Below the pieces are notes generated by a model. The model ran no database searches. It saw only the letters and a list, made by a program, of their open reading frames with translations, and was not told where the DNA came from. This document shows positions 9,518 through 19,734 of a DNA stretch of 64,000 bases, piece after piece. How positions within the stretch are numbered: position 1 is the stretch's first letter; every line of letters begins with the position of its first letter. Source of the DNA: a virus; the IMG/VR virus record IMGVR_UViG_3300013094_000025, positions 1 through 64,000 of that record. One strand, 5' to 3'. The position numbers and the translations under genes were made by a program.

Positions 9518-10000
9518 TTATTCACTATCACTGTCAAAATCCACTGATCCAGCTGAAAAATGTTTCTTTTTCTTAAAATCTTTTAAGAAGCTAAACAGTT
9601 GATTCTTATTAGCAAAACTATTTAACATCTTACTTCTTGTTTTTGACTTGTTTATAGTATTAGAAACAGCAATTTCAACATCAGGAGAAATAAATGAATT
9701 ACACCTACACCAAGGAATAGGTAGTACTTTTAATACTTTATCAAGACTCTTGTCATTAAACGGAATACCCTTAGGTATATCATACACAACTAATGCTTTA
9801 GGATATCTACTCGGACACTTTTGATAAACAGAGCAAAATTTTTCTAAACAATAGTGGTAAAAAAACTTTTTAACATCAATAGATGATAAAGGTATACTAT
9901 ACTTTTTACAAATACTTACAGTTTCTTTAATAGCTTCTATTAGTAATGGTTGAAAATCAATAGCACATACTCTACTACCATTGAATTCCTTATACTTCAT
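9518..10000 (-). CDS. hypothetical protein
   Basis: 160 aa ORF tightly packed in a minus-strand run. Confidence 0.6.
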   Translation of the reverse strand: MKYKEFNGSRVCAIDFQPLLIEAIKETVSICKKYSIPLSSIDVKKFFYHYCLEKFCSVYQKCPSRYPKALVVYDIPKGIPFNDKSLDKVLKVLPIPWCRCNSFISPDVEIAVSNTINKSKTRSKMLNSFANKNQLFSFLKDFKKKKHFSAGSVDFDSDSE

Positions 10001-10001
10001 A

Positions 10002-10625
10002 TTATTGTATTATTGTTTCTATTTGTTCTAAAGTAAGTCCGTCTTTTAACGCATTATTTGTAGCTTCATGTAATTGTGTAAAAATTTCATTAAACTTTTC
10101 TTCATATATTAAAATTTGTTTATGATTGTCTTTATTGTAATTTAACTTATTACTACTTTCAAGTAAAGCTGTTTGATTAATAAGATCAAGCTTAGGTCCT
10201 AAGTATTTTTTAATTTTTAAAATTGTTTTTGTAGCTGGTGAATAAGATGCTTTTTCCTCTTCAGTTATAGGCTCTTTAATCTTATTACCGTCATTATCTA
10301 TAATACCTAGCTTATAGGCAAGAAAATTTTCTATTTTCTTATTTAGTTCGTTTAATAAAAAGTGATTATACATAGATTTTTGTAGAGTTTCTTTAAACAT
10401 AGCGTTGAATTCAACACCGTGCATATGAATATCATTGAAAGGGTTAAACCTACAACCTTTCCCATAGGCTATAGAACCGCAATAAGAACATTTTTTAGGA
10501 TCTTCAGGATGAAAGTGTATACCTTGAGGTCCAAACCTACATCCTTTTCCATAAGCTGTAGAACCACAATAAATACATCGATTAACTCTAGTTGAAATTA
10601 ATGCTTTTTTTGCTTCTTCTAACAT
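10002..10625 (-). CDS. hypothetical protein with two Cys/His Zn-finger-like repeats
   Basis: CxYCGSxAYGKGCRF...HxH occurs twice; AYKLGIIDNDG segment resembles conserved T4-like phage proteins. Confidence 0.65.
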   Translation of the reverse strand: MLEEAKKALISTRVNRCIYCGSTAYGKGCRFGPQGIHFHPEDPKKCSYCGSIAYGKGCRFNPFNDIHMHGVEFNAMFKETLQKSMYNHFLLNELNKKIENFLAYKLGIIDNDGNKIKEPITEEEKASYSPATKTILKIKKYLGPKLDLINQTALLESSNKLNYNKDNHKQILIYEEKFNEIFTQLHEATNNALKDGLTLEQIETIIQ

Positions 10626-10626
10626 A

Positions 10627-11043
10627 TTATTTATTTAATACACTTTTAGGAGGTCTCCCTATACGAAGGTTTAAAATACCGTTATAATAGTCGTCTCTTA
10701 GCAAGACTTCTCTACCTATCTGTTCTTTGGCTTCTTCGTATGCTAGTTCCCACTTCGAACCGCAGGTTCTTAAAATCTCAAATCTAAAATTCTCTTTTCC
10801 TATTTTAACTATATCATTATTTAAATCAACTGAGGAACTTGTATAACTTTTCCAATCTGATTCTTTGTATTCGATTCTTTTGTTCTTCTTACCTTTTAAA
10901 GGTTTACGCTTAAACTTTGATATACATTGCTTCTTACCAATATATTTTTTTCCGTTTGTTAAGTTTGTTATCAAATAAATGAAGCCGAAAATTTCCTCCG
11001 AAATTTCAATTCCTTCGTTTAAAATCCAATGACCAGTATCCAT
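10627..11043 (-). CDS. GIY-YIG endonuclease, DenA/endonuclease II-like
   Basis: GFIYLITN..NGKKYIGKK, WKSYTSS, FEIL and YYNG motifs; short, single domain. Confidence 0.8.
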   Translation of the reverse strand: MDTGHWILNEGIEISEEIFGFIYLITNLTNGKKYIGKKQCISKFKRKPLKGKKNKRIEYKESDWKSYTSSSVDLNNDIVKIGKENFRFEILRTCGSKWELAYEEAKEQIGREVLLRDDYYNGILNLRIGRPPKSVLNK

Positions 11044-11291
11044 TAACGCCTTCTTCTATGTTTGCGTTTATGCTTCTTACCTACTCTTCCTGCGTAAAAT
11101 GAATCCTTAGGTAAGTGTCTTCTAGTTACTCCTCCTAAAACTTTAGGTATTCTAGCATCTCCTCGAGCATAATTATCTCCTGAAAAAGCTGTCTCTGTAG
11201 AAGCAACCCCAGTTCCTAGAGCTCCTCCAGGTCCTGCAACATTAGCATTTTCGTACAAAACTTCTTCTACTATGCACTCTAAGTTAATCAC
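11043..11291 (-). CDS. small protein with basic C-terminus (possible DNA-binding head protein)
   Basis: VLYE|NANVAGPGGALG; ends KKHKRKHRRRR. Confidence 0.6.
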   Translation of the reverse strand: MINLECIVEEVLYENANVAGPGGALGTGVASTETAFSGDNYARGDARIPKVLGGVTRRHLPKDSFYAGRVGKKHKRKHRRRR

Positions 11292-11304
11292 ATTATTATT
11301 TAAG

Positions 11305-11332
11305 TTGCTTTATTGCAATAATCTGTTAAAAT
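11305..11332 (+). promoter_or_regulatory. sigma70-like promoter for uvsY (leaderless)
   Basis: TTGCTT-N16-TAAAAT, then 6 nt to ATG 11339. Confidence 0.6.
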
Positions 11333-11338
11333 GGGCTT

Positions 11339-11761
11339 ATGTCTGTAAGCCCTGAAGAAAATAAAGAATCTCTCTTTGAAAGGTATAACGAAGAGATTAA
11401 AAAGTACGTAGCCGTGGACGAGTTTAACATGAAGCAGATTCAAATGGATTTACCTGGTGCTCGTCATTACTGGGTAGGACGCTTGATGTTTCATAAACAG
11501 GAAATTCATAAACTTAAAAAACTTCGTAAACAAGCTGTAGAAAAAATAGCTGATCGAATTCAAGCAGAATTACCTATAGGAGCTAGCAACCGTACAAGAG
11601 AAATAGCAGCTGATAATCATCCCACAGTTCAAAAGATAGATGATATGATTGCTGAAAATGAAATGTTAGTCGAGTATCTATCTAAAATTGAATCTAACTT
11701 TAGAAGTATGTCATATGACATTCGCAACCTTATTCAAATTGTGCAGTTAGAGACCACTTAA
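11339..11761 (+). CDS. uvsY: recombination mediator UvsY-like
   Basis: 140 aa helical protein ending SYDIRNLIQ; directly upstream of uvsW as in T4-like phages. Confidence 0.7.
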   Translation: MSVSPEENKESLFERYNEEIKKYVAVDEFNMKQIQMDLPGARHYWVGRLMFHKQEIHKLKKLRKQAVEKIADRIQAELPIGASNRTREIAADNHPTVQKIDDMIAENEMLVEYLSKIESNFRSMSYDIRNLIQIVQLETT

Positions 11762-13215
11762 TGAAAGTAATTATAGATTATGATTCAGGAAGAAAGAAAG
11801 GTATTCTTATAACAGATTACCTTCCTAATATTCGTGAATATTTTTCTGTAGAGGATAAAAATCAAAACTTTAAAAGAAGATTTACGGTAGGTTACAGACC
11901 TTTATCTAGACAGTACGCTATTACTCCTCAAGGAAGATTTGAACCCAGACTTGCTTCTACAATTCTAGAATATCTAACTACCTTAGAAATACCTTTTAAG
12001 TTAGAAGTAACAGATAAGTTTAAAGAGTTTATAGAGTCTCCTCTATTACGGGATGAAGACAAGGATATAGTTACGTTAGGGATGTCTTTGAGAGACTATC
12101 AATATGAAACTATTAAAGCAGCTTTGAGGCATAGAAGCGGGGTAATAATCTTACCTACATCAGCCGGTAAAACATTTGTTATGGCTACAATAGTTAGATC
12201 TATACAACAACAGCAAAATAATTTAAAAACATTAATTTTAGTTCCCGACATTCAACTTGTCACCCAGTCTTATTCTGATTTTATTGAATATGGAATACCG
12301 GAGAACGAAATAACAAAATGGACAGGTAGTTACGAGCCAGACCCTAACGCTTCTATTGTAATTGCTAATATTCAAATTCTTCAATCTGAAAAACAAGACT
12401 TATCTTTACTCAAAGATATTAAATTACTAATCATTGACGAAGTTCATAAACTTAAACAAGGTAATAAAGTCAATAAGATTGTAGATCAAATAACTGCTAA
12501 GTATCGTTTTGGTCTTACAGGTACAATGCCTGACACAAAAATAGATGAATGGAATATCTTAGGTAAACTAGGTAAAGTTATTTACAAAAAGCAATCAATT
12601 GATCTTAGAGATCAGAATTATATATCTCAAGTTCATGTAGCTATATTAAAAGTTAACTATTGGGATTTGCCTACATTTACTAAGCCGAGTGCTACAAATC
12701 CAACTGCTGGGTACGAAGAAGAAATACAATTTTTACAAAACAGTGAATTTAGAAATAAATTAATAACAAAAATTGTAAACGGTGTAGATAAGAATACGCT
12801 CATTATGGTTGACAGAATCATTCACGGAGAAATACTTTTATTAACACTTACTAAAAATACAAAAAAGAAAGTATATTTTGTACATGGAGATATAGAAATA
12901 GAAGAAAGAGAAAATATCCGCAGATTAATGGAAGAAGAGGACGATATTATTTGTGTAGCTATATCTAAAATTTTTAGTACAGGTATTAATATTAAAAACC
13001 TTCATAATATAGTTTTTGCATCTATTGGTAAAGCTAAAATAAAAATTATTCAATCTATTGGTAGAAGTTTACGAAAGCATGCTAGTAAAAAGCGAGCTAC
13101 TATTTTTGATATTGGTGATAACTTACGTTATGGTAACGCTCATTTAGCTGAACGTATTGAATTGTATAACGAAGAACAAATACCTTACAGTATTACTGAA
13201 ATAACACAGAGTTGA
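11761..13215 (+). CDS. uvsW: SF2 helicase UvsW
   Basis: LRDYQ, PTSAGKT, DEVH, GLTGT, FSTGINI and QSIGRSLR motifs. Confidence 0.93.
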   Translation: MKVIIDYDSGRKKGILITDYLPNIREYFSVEDKNQNFKRRFTVGYRPLSRQYAITPQGRFEPRLASTILEYLTTLEIPFKLEVTDKFKEFIESPLLRDEDKDIVTLGMSLRDYQYETIKAALRHRSGVIILPTSAGKTFVMATIVRSIQQQQNNLKTLILVPDIQLVTQSYSDFIEYGIPENEITKWTGSYEPDPNASIVIANIQILQSEKQDLSLLKDIKLLIIDEVHKLKQGNKVNKIVDQITAKYRFGLTGTMPDTKIDEWNILGKLGKVIYKKQSIDLRDQNYISQVHVAILKVNYWDLPTFTKPSATNPTAGYEEEIQFLQNSEFRNKLITKIVNGVDKNTLIMVDRIIHGEILLLTLTKNTKKKVYFVHGDIEIEERENIRRLMEEEDDIICVAISKIFSTGINIKNLHNIVFASIGKAKIKIIQSIGRSLRKHASKKRATIFDIGDNLRYGNAHLAERIELYNEEQIPYSITEITQS

Positions 13216-13251
13216 TTTAAAAATAATATACTATATTATATCTAATACTTT

Positions 13252-13818
13252 ATGGCCAACAAAAAAACAAAAAATGAAGAATTTTTTATGGATGATTTAT
13301 CAGCCGTATTAGACGAAGCTTTACCTAAACCGAGATCAACCAAAAGAGTTCGACGAACTAAGGAAGAGTTAAAACCTAACTATGTAGATCCTATTTACAT
13401 GGAAGTATGTATTAAGAAATATTATGAATCCGGAGAACTAAATGATGAGTTAGCTGATATGATTCAAAAGATTGGTACTCGTTTAGGGTACGCCCAAAAC
13501 TTTATTAACTATTCTTATAAGACAGAAATGATTGGTGATGCTGTCATTAAGATGATTACCGCTCTAACAAGAAAGAGGTTTAAGTGTGATAGTGGATATA
13601 ATCCCTTCTCTTATTTTACTAAAGTAGCGTATAGAGCATTTCAAAATAGAATTAAAAAAGAAAAAAAGGAACACGATACCATTCATCGTTATCAAAACGA
13701 AGTATATAGTCTTCTAGAAGAGTCAGGTCAAATACCCTATCAAAAGAACTCTCACTTAGAAGATGATAGCAATAGTTCTTATTATGATGAAAAAAATGTT
13801 GTAGTCAGCGATGATTAA
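13252..13818 (+). CDS. late transcription sigma factor, gp55-like
   Basis: NFINYSYKTEMIGDA and NPFSYFT...AFQNRIKKEKK; upstream of gp47. Confidence 0.88.
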   Translation: MANKKTKNEEFFMDDLSAVLDEALPKPRSTKRVRRTKEELKPNYVDPIYMEVCIKKYYESGELNDELADMIQKIGTRLGYAQNFINYSYKTEMIGDAVIKMITALTRKRFKCDSGYNPFSYFTKVAYRAFQNRIKKEKKEHDTIHRYQNEVYSLLEESGQIPYQKNSHLEDDSNSSYYDEKNVVVSDD

Positions 13819-14875
13819 TTTTAATAGTAACAAGGTAGCATTTATTAGTGATATCCATTTAGGAGTCCATCAGGATTCATCTACATGGCATAAAATAGCT
13901 ATAAAATTTGCTCACTGGTTAGATGATACGTTAAAGGATAGAGGTATAAAAGATATTGTTATTGCTGGAGATATCTTTCACAATAGACATGAAATTGGGG
14001 TTAACACTATTCATGCCGCTCACAAGTTCTTTGATATACTAAAAGATTATAATATTGTAGCAATAACAGGTAACCATGATTGTTATTATAAAGACAAGTC
14101 AGATGTAAATTCTATTTCCATTCTTAATGGTTATAAAAATATAACCGTATTTCAGGAATTAAGAACTTGTATTATTGATGGTAAAACTTGGACGTTTTGT
14201 CCTTGGGGAGTAACAATAGATAAGATTCCTAAGAGTGATATTATTGTCGGTCATTTTGAGATTACACACTTCAGAATGAACCAGCATAAGATTTGTGATC
14301 ATGGAATGAAAACTATTCAGCTTCTTGATAAGAGTAAATTTGTTATCTCAGGTCATTTTCATTATAGAGAGCATAGAACATATCCTGAAGGAGGTAGTAT
14401 TCTTTATCTAGGATCTCCTTATGAATTAGATTTTGGAGATAGAGATCATGCTAAAGGAGTATCAATTTTAAATACGGATACACTAGAAGTAGAGTTAATT
14501 GAAAACACAGTAACACCTAAACACGTTAAAATTAATATTTCCGATTTAACAGAAGGTAGAGTTAAGCTTGAGGAGTTATCTCCTATATTGTCTAATAACT
14601 TTGTCGATTTTAGTATTGATAAGAATGTTAATACACAAGCTGTTGATTTACTCTTAACAAAATTTAATCAATTTAAACCTCTTCACGTTAGAACAAATTA
14701 TAATATATTTGAAAATGTTCAGCTATCAGCAACTGACGTAGATAATTTTAGTATTGATGTCGAAACTGCTCTTCAAGAGTTTGTTGATTTATTAGACACT
14801 CAAGTAAACAAAAAAGAGATCCTAGATAAATGCTTAGATCTCTATAAACTATCCTTAGTAACAAATGAGCAATAA
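13811..14875 (+). CDS. recombination nuclease, gp47/Mre11/SbcD-like
   Basis: SDIHLG, GDIFH, GNHD and SGHFH metallophosphoesterase motifs. Confidence 0.92.
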   Translation: MINFNSNKVAFISDIHLGVHQDSSTWHKIAIKFAHWLDDTLKDRGIKDIVIAGDIFHNRHEIGVNTIHAAHKFFDILKDYNIVAITGNHDCYYKDKSDVNSISILNGYKNITVFQELRTCIIDGKTWTFCPWGVTIDKIPKSDIIVGHFEITHFRMNQHKICDHGMKTIQLLDKSKFVISGHFHYREHRTYPEGGSILYLGSPYELDFGDRDHAKGVSILNTDTLEVELIENTVTPKHVKINISDLTEGRVKLEELSPILSNNFVDFSIDKNVNTQAVDLLLTKFNQFKPLHVRTNYNIFENVQLSATDVDNFSIDVETALQEFVDLLDTQVNKKEILDKCLDLYKLSLVTNEQ

Positions 14876-15674
14876 AATTGGAATAGGTGTTATAACATGT
14901 AATCGCCCAGAGTATCTTCGTCGTTTACTCGTATCTCTTGTACAGTGTGAGAGTATAATTGATGAACTTGTTGTAGTTAATGATGGTAAACCAATTACTG
15001 ATTTTGATTTAAGTCAGGGAGAGTGGATAGATAACAAAGTAAACCTAGGGGTAGGTAAATCTAAAAATTTAGCTCTTAGACATTTACTTGAAAAGAAATG
15101 TGATTCTATCTTCCTACTAGAAGATGATATTGTTATTAAAGATAAAGAGGTTTTTAACAAATATATAGAAGCATCTAATATATCAGGCATTCAGCATTTT
15201 AATTTTGCTTTTCACGGTAGTGATAATTACCTACCTAACGGAACTCCTGCTATAAGATTAAAAGTAGAGTATAGTAAAGATAAAGCTGTTTGTTTTTACC
15301 CTAATGTTTATGGTGCTTTTAGCTTCTATACTAAGGAGTGCTTAGAAGCTGTAGGACTAATGGATGAGGAGTACTATAACGCCATGGAGCACGTTGATCA
15401 TACGTTCTTTATATCTCAGGCAGGTATGACATCTCCCTTTAGATGGTTTGCTGATATTGCCGATAGTAACAAGTATATTGAAGAGTTGGATAAGAATCAT
15501 TCCGGTAGTGAAATTAGACGTGACGGAAAATGGATAGCTAATTTTCAAAAAGCAGTAACAAGATTTGCAGAAAAGTCTAAAATAAATGTTACAGGTCCTA
15601 CAGATGTGTTTTGGACTAAAGAGCAAACTATTGATATTATCAAACAAATTAAAAAGAAATATGGAAAAAAATAA
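14865..15674 (+). CDS. GT2-family glycosyltransferase
   Basis: IGVITCNRP, VVVNDG, NLGVGKSKN and LLEDD motifs. Confidence 0.82.
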   Translation: MSNKIGIGVITCNRPEYLRRLLVSLVQCESIIDELVVVNDGKPITDFDLSQGEWIDNKVNLGVGKSKNLALRHLLEKKCDSIFLLEDDIVIKDKEVFNKYIEASNISGIQHFNFAFHGSDNYLPNGTPAIRLKVEYSKDKAVCFYPNVYGAFSFYTKECLEAVGLMDEEYYNAMEHVDHTFFISQAGMTSPFRWFADIADSNKYIEELDKNHSGSEIRRDGKWIANFQKAVTRFAEKSKINVTGPTDVFWTKEQTIDIIKQIKKKYGKK

Positions 15675-16449
15675 AATAGGTGTAGGTATTGTAACATATA
15701 ATTCAGAAGACTATTTTAAAACTCTTTATGAGTCTCTTCCGTTAGCTAAAATTAACGAACTTGTAGTTGTTAACGGCGGTAATCATTATAGAGAAAATTA
15801 TGCTTGTCATTGGATTCAGCATAATACTAATTGTTATCCAGCTATTTGTAGAAATGATGCTGTTAACTTTTTAATGAACAGAGGATGTGAGCATATCTTT
15901 CTTATTGAAGATGATATGATTATTAAAGACCCGAGTATTTTTGAAAAGTATATTAAAGCATCTGAAGCTTCTGGACTAAAGTATTTTTCTTATGTTAGTA
16001 CCTCCTGGGAGTCAGGAGAACCGGGCAATAGAACTCCTCGTCTAACTGTTGAATATACACCTGAAGTAAGTATTTCATTCTACAAGAATATGTGTAATGA
16101 ATTTACGTATCATCATTACACAGCTTTTGAAGATACTGGATTGTATGATACACAATTTAGAGATCCATTTGATATTGATATGGCTTACCGGGAATCTCTA
16201 CAAGGTCATGCAGCACCTTTTTGGTGGTTTGCCGATGTTACCGGATCAGATGAATTAGTTTGTAATAATCCTGTAGCTGTAAGTCGTTTACAAGCTGATA
16301 GACCAGATGGATCTAGAGAACAAAAAATTCAAGAACAATGGCAACGTTTTGTTGCTAAGCATGGAGTAATGGTAAATCAAATACAAGATATAACTAAAGA
16401 TAAGGCTCTTCAGCGCCTTATTATGAGAGGGAAAAATTACGGTAAATGA
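15661..16449 (+). CDS. GT2-family glycosyltransferase (paralog of the preceding gene)
   Basis: IGVGIVTYN, ELVVVNGG and LIEDD motifs; FWWFAD resembles FRWFAD of the neighbour. Confidence 0.8.
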   Translation: MEKNKIGVGIVTYNSEDYFKTLYESLPLAKINELVVVNGGNHYRENYACHWIQHNTNCYPAICRNDAVNFLMNRGCEHIFLIEDDMIIKDPSIFEKYIKASEASGLKYFSYVSTSWESGEPGNRTPRLTVEYTPEVSISFYKNMCNEFTYHHYTAFEDTGLYDTQFRDPFDIDMAYRESLQGHAAPFWWFADVTGSDELVCNNPVAVSRLQADRPDGSREQKIQEQWQRFVAKHGVMVNQIQDITKDKALQRLIMRGKNYGK

Positions 16450-18107
16450 AAATATCTATAGGTATAAATGGTTTTAAAGATTATATTTCTTTAGAAAAAA
16501 GAGAACGTTTTTGTATTGATAGTCTTTTAAAGATTAAAAATAAAAATCCAAATATTGAATTATATAATATTTGTTTTGATAATGAAAATATACAGTATAG
16601 TAATTTTACAACATTAAACAAATTAACTAAACGTTCAAATAAGTTTATTCATGACTATTTTCAACACGAAGGATTAAAAAACGAATATAATTCTAGAAAA
16701 TTTGAAATTGATAATAATAAAAAAGAATTACCGTCAGTAAAGGAAATATTTGATGTATTAGCAAGTACAGATTGTGATTACTTTTTATTTTTAAACAACG
16801 ATATTATTTTATCTAATCGCTTCTTAAAAGAAGTCGAAGAAGGTATTGAGTGCTATCCTATTAGCAGAATGCATATTTATGATATTGATTCGTTAGATCA
16901 AACACCAAAACTAGAGTCATATTCAGTACACGGGTTTGATGCTTTTTTAGTTAAGAAATCTATTTGGTTAGAAATACGAAATAATTTTGAAGATCTTATA
17001 CTAGGTAGATTTTACTGGGATACATATTTCTTTACAATGTTTAATTTACTTTGTAAATGTAAAAATATTAATAAATTACCTCCAGCATGTTTTCATATAG
17101 AACATGGTAGTACATCAAGTCAAGATAGTATTGAAAATTATTACGCTGAAGATGTATTTAAAAGAAATTTAATACTTGGTCATATGTGGTTTAGTTATGT
17201 GCAAAACGTACTAATGAAGAGACCTACAGTAAATAACTGTAAATGGTATCAACCATTTCCGGACGAAGAAGTCTTAGAGAGACAACACTTTGGTAGTTTT
17301 AAAGCCTTACCTAAAATGTATAATAGAAATTATACAAAAAAAGAAGTAAGTGATAATACTGACTACGATTTGTTTATACCTGTAGCTGAAAAAGATGAAC
17401 TTAAATTAAAGTATGTTATTGAACATGCTAAGACTAACCTTAAGGCTAAAAATATATTCGTATGTTCCCCACACAATATTGTAAATAAAATTACTGACAG
17501 TAGTATATCGTATATAAATGATAAAGATGTTTTAGATATACCTGATAGATCATTTATTTCATTTAGACCTAATTGGACGTATCAACAATTTTTAAAAATG
17601 TTTTTTAGTTTAAGTACTTCTGAATATTATTTTGCTTTAGATAGTGATACCATTATACTTAAAAATTTAAACTTGTTTGAAGACAATAAACCAATCTGGT
17701 ATTACGGTTGGAAGCAAAATCATTTTCCGTATTTTCACTTTAATAAAAATATGTTTAATTTAAACAAATCTTTAGACCATACAGGTATTGGAGATTTAGG
17801 ATTATTTAACAAAACAGTTACAAGAAGCTTCCTAGATCGTACTGGATGTTTAAATGCTAAAAGTTTATTACAAAGAATAGGTTCTAGTTTAAACGTTGTT
17901 TATCATTTTTCAGAATATGAAACATATGCTAATTTTGTAAATGAATTTTACCCAGGGTTATATACCTTTAAACATTTAGAGCAAATTAATGAAGGCAGAG
18001 ATCTTAATCAAGGACAAAATTGGAATAGTAAAGATATAGAGACAACAATTGAAAAAGCCAAGAAAACGGATAAGTCTATATTGTCTATACATTCTTGGAA
18101 AATATGA
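16446..18107 (+). CDS. two-domain putative glycosyltransferase
   Basis: FLNNDI and ALDSDT DxD-like motifs, QQFLK and FSEYETY; within the glycan cluster. Confidence 0.6.
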   Translation: MKISIGINGFKDYISLEKRERFCIDSLLKIKNKNPNIELYNICFDNENIQYSNFTTLNKLTKRSNKFIHDYFQHEGLKNEYNSRKFEIDNNKKELPSVKEIFDVLASTDCDYFLFLNNDIILSNRFLKEVEEGIECYPISRMHIYDIDSLDQTPKLESYSVHGFDAFLVKKSIWLEIRNNFEDLILGRFYWDTYFFTMFNLLCKCKNINKLPPACFHIEHGSTSSQDSIENYYAEDVFKRNLILGHMWFSYVQNVLMKRPTVNNCKWYQPFPDEEVLERQHFGSFKALPKMYNRNYTKKEVSDNTDYDLFIPVAEKDELKLKYVIEHAKTNLKAKNIFVCSPHNIVNKITDSSISYINDKDVLDIPDRSFISFRPNWTYQQFLKMFFSLSTSEYYFALDSDTIILKNLNLFEDNKPIWYYGWKQNHFPYFHFNKNMFNLNKSLDHTGIGDLGLFNKTVTRSFLDRTGCLNAKSLLQRIGSSLNVVYHFSEYETYANFVNEFYPGLYTFKHLEQINEGRDLNQGQNWNSKDIETTIEKAKKTDKSILSIHSWKI

Positions 18108-18967
18108 AGTCAATATATGTACATTTAAATCCAACAACTTTACCTTTTAGTAAAGAATTAGATTTTAGTAAATATACATTTAATGATATACCGGATTATG
18201 CTCTTGATAGTTTTAATCAATCTAAAAAGTTTTTATTAGAAGACTCAATAATAATAACTAATAATGATTTAAATGATTTTAATGAAGGTATATTAAATTT
18301 CTTCAATATTTGTAAGATTAGTTTTCCGTCTTTTTATAAAGATACGTTTTGGTTACTAACATTACTTCGTTTGTATATTGTTTACCTTTATGCTAAAAAG
18401 TATAATATAAATGAATTTATACATTTAGAGTATGATAATTTAATATACTCTGATTTAAATGAATTAAAAAAGTTACCACCCTCCTTATATTTTACAAGAG
18501 TAGGTCCTTTTTGTAGCTCTGCAGGTTTTGTTTACTGTAATAGTATAGAGCACTTTACTAAGTTTATTAATAAGATTTTACAGTTAATAGGTAAAGGAGA
18601 ACAAACAGTTAGAAAATTTACTCAATATGATCATTTATCAGAAATGATTATGATTGATCTTATTTACGAAAATACAAAAAGTGTTATTGATTATCTTCCT
18701 ATTTTACCAGAAGGTAAAGGTAGTGATAATTTCGATAAGCTAGGAGTGCTGTTTGACGGCGCGTCCTACGGACAATATCTAGGAGGCACTAATAACGGAG
18801 ACGGAAAAGGATGGACGGGTAGACATCACTACGTAGGTGCTGCTATTCAAGATAAAAATATTAATGTATCCTTTGATAAGGTACCGTTTGTTACTTACAA
18901 TAATAAGCAAATACCTATTTTAAATCTTCACATTCATTCTAAAAAATTAAAAGAATTTATATGTTAA
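18104..18967 (+). CDS. putative glycosyltransferase-like protein
   Basis: HLEYDNL, FDGASYGQYLGG and NLHIHSK; ATGA-coupled in the cluster. Confidence 0.55.
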   Translation: MKSIYVHLNPTTLPFSKELDFSKYTFNDIPDYALDSFNQSKKFLLEDSIIITNNDLNDFNEGILNFFNICKISFPSFYKDTFWLLTLLRLYIVYLYAKKYNINEFIHLEYDNLIYSDLNELKKLPPSLYFTRVGPFCSSAGFVYCNSIEHFTKFINKILQLIGKGEQTVRKFTQYDHLSEMIMIDLIYENTKSVIDYLPILPEGKGSDNFDKLGVLFDGASYGQYLGGTNNGDGKGWTGRHHYVGAAIQDKNINVSFDKVPFVTYNNKQIPILNLHIHSKKLKEFIC

Positions 18968-19734
18968 AAGAAGATATTATAACAGGTAATGCCTTTAAAA
19001 ACATATGTGATGATTTTTTAGATGAAGAAAAAAAATATATAGATATATCTAAAAAACCTAAAATTATTTTTTTAAAAACAGATTGGATAGAATTGTTTAA
19101 ACAAAAAATATTACCTCTTATTGATTATAAATTTAAACTTGTAACCCATAATGCTGATAGACCTGCTATATCAGGTAACTTAGATTTATTAGAAGATGAT
19201 AGACTTATTAAGTGGTTTGGAATGAATGTAGACACAAGTCATTCTAAATTACAAACTATACCTATTGGTATAGCAAATGAAAAATGGGCTCACGGAAATA
19301 AAGACACCTTACTTAAAGTTATAAATGAAAATAATAAAAAAGAAAATTTAGTGTATTGTAATTTTGATATTACAACTAATTACAATAAAAGATATAATAC
19401 ATTAAAAGATTTAAATTGTTATACATATATAGACTTTGATAACACAAAATTACCTTTTGAGGGGTATATAAGAAAACTTAGTACGTACAAATATGTTATT
19501 TCCCCTCCAGGTAATAGTATTGATTGTCATAGAATATGGGAATCAATTTATCTTGGTGTTATACCAATAGTTGAAACAAATATAGCTATGAACTTTTATA
19601 CAGATCTACCAATAATGTTTGTTAAAGATTTTAAAGAAATAAATGAGCAACTATTAAACGATAGTTATGTAACTATAGTAGAAAAAAATAAGAAAAAGTC
19701 TATAATGAGTTATTACAAACAGTTAATATTATGA
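18961..19734 (+). CDS. exostosin/GT47-like glycosyltransferase
   Basis: YVISPPGNSIDCHRIWESIYLGVIP motif. Confidence 0.7.
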   Translation: MLKEDIITGNAFKNICDDFLDEEKKYIDISKKPKIIFLKTDWIELFKQKILPLIDYKFKLVTHNADRPAISGNLDLLEDDRLIKWFGMNVDTSHSKLQTIPIGIANEKWAHGNKDTLLKVINENNKKENLVYCNFDITTNYNKRYNTLKDLNCYTYIDFDNTKLPFEGYIRKLSTYKYVISPPGNSIDCHRIWESIYLGVIPIVETNIAMNFYTDLPIMFVKDFKEINEQLLNDSYVTIVEKNKKKSIMSYYKQLIL

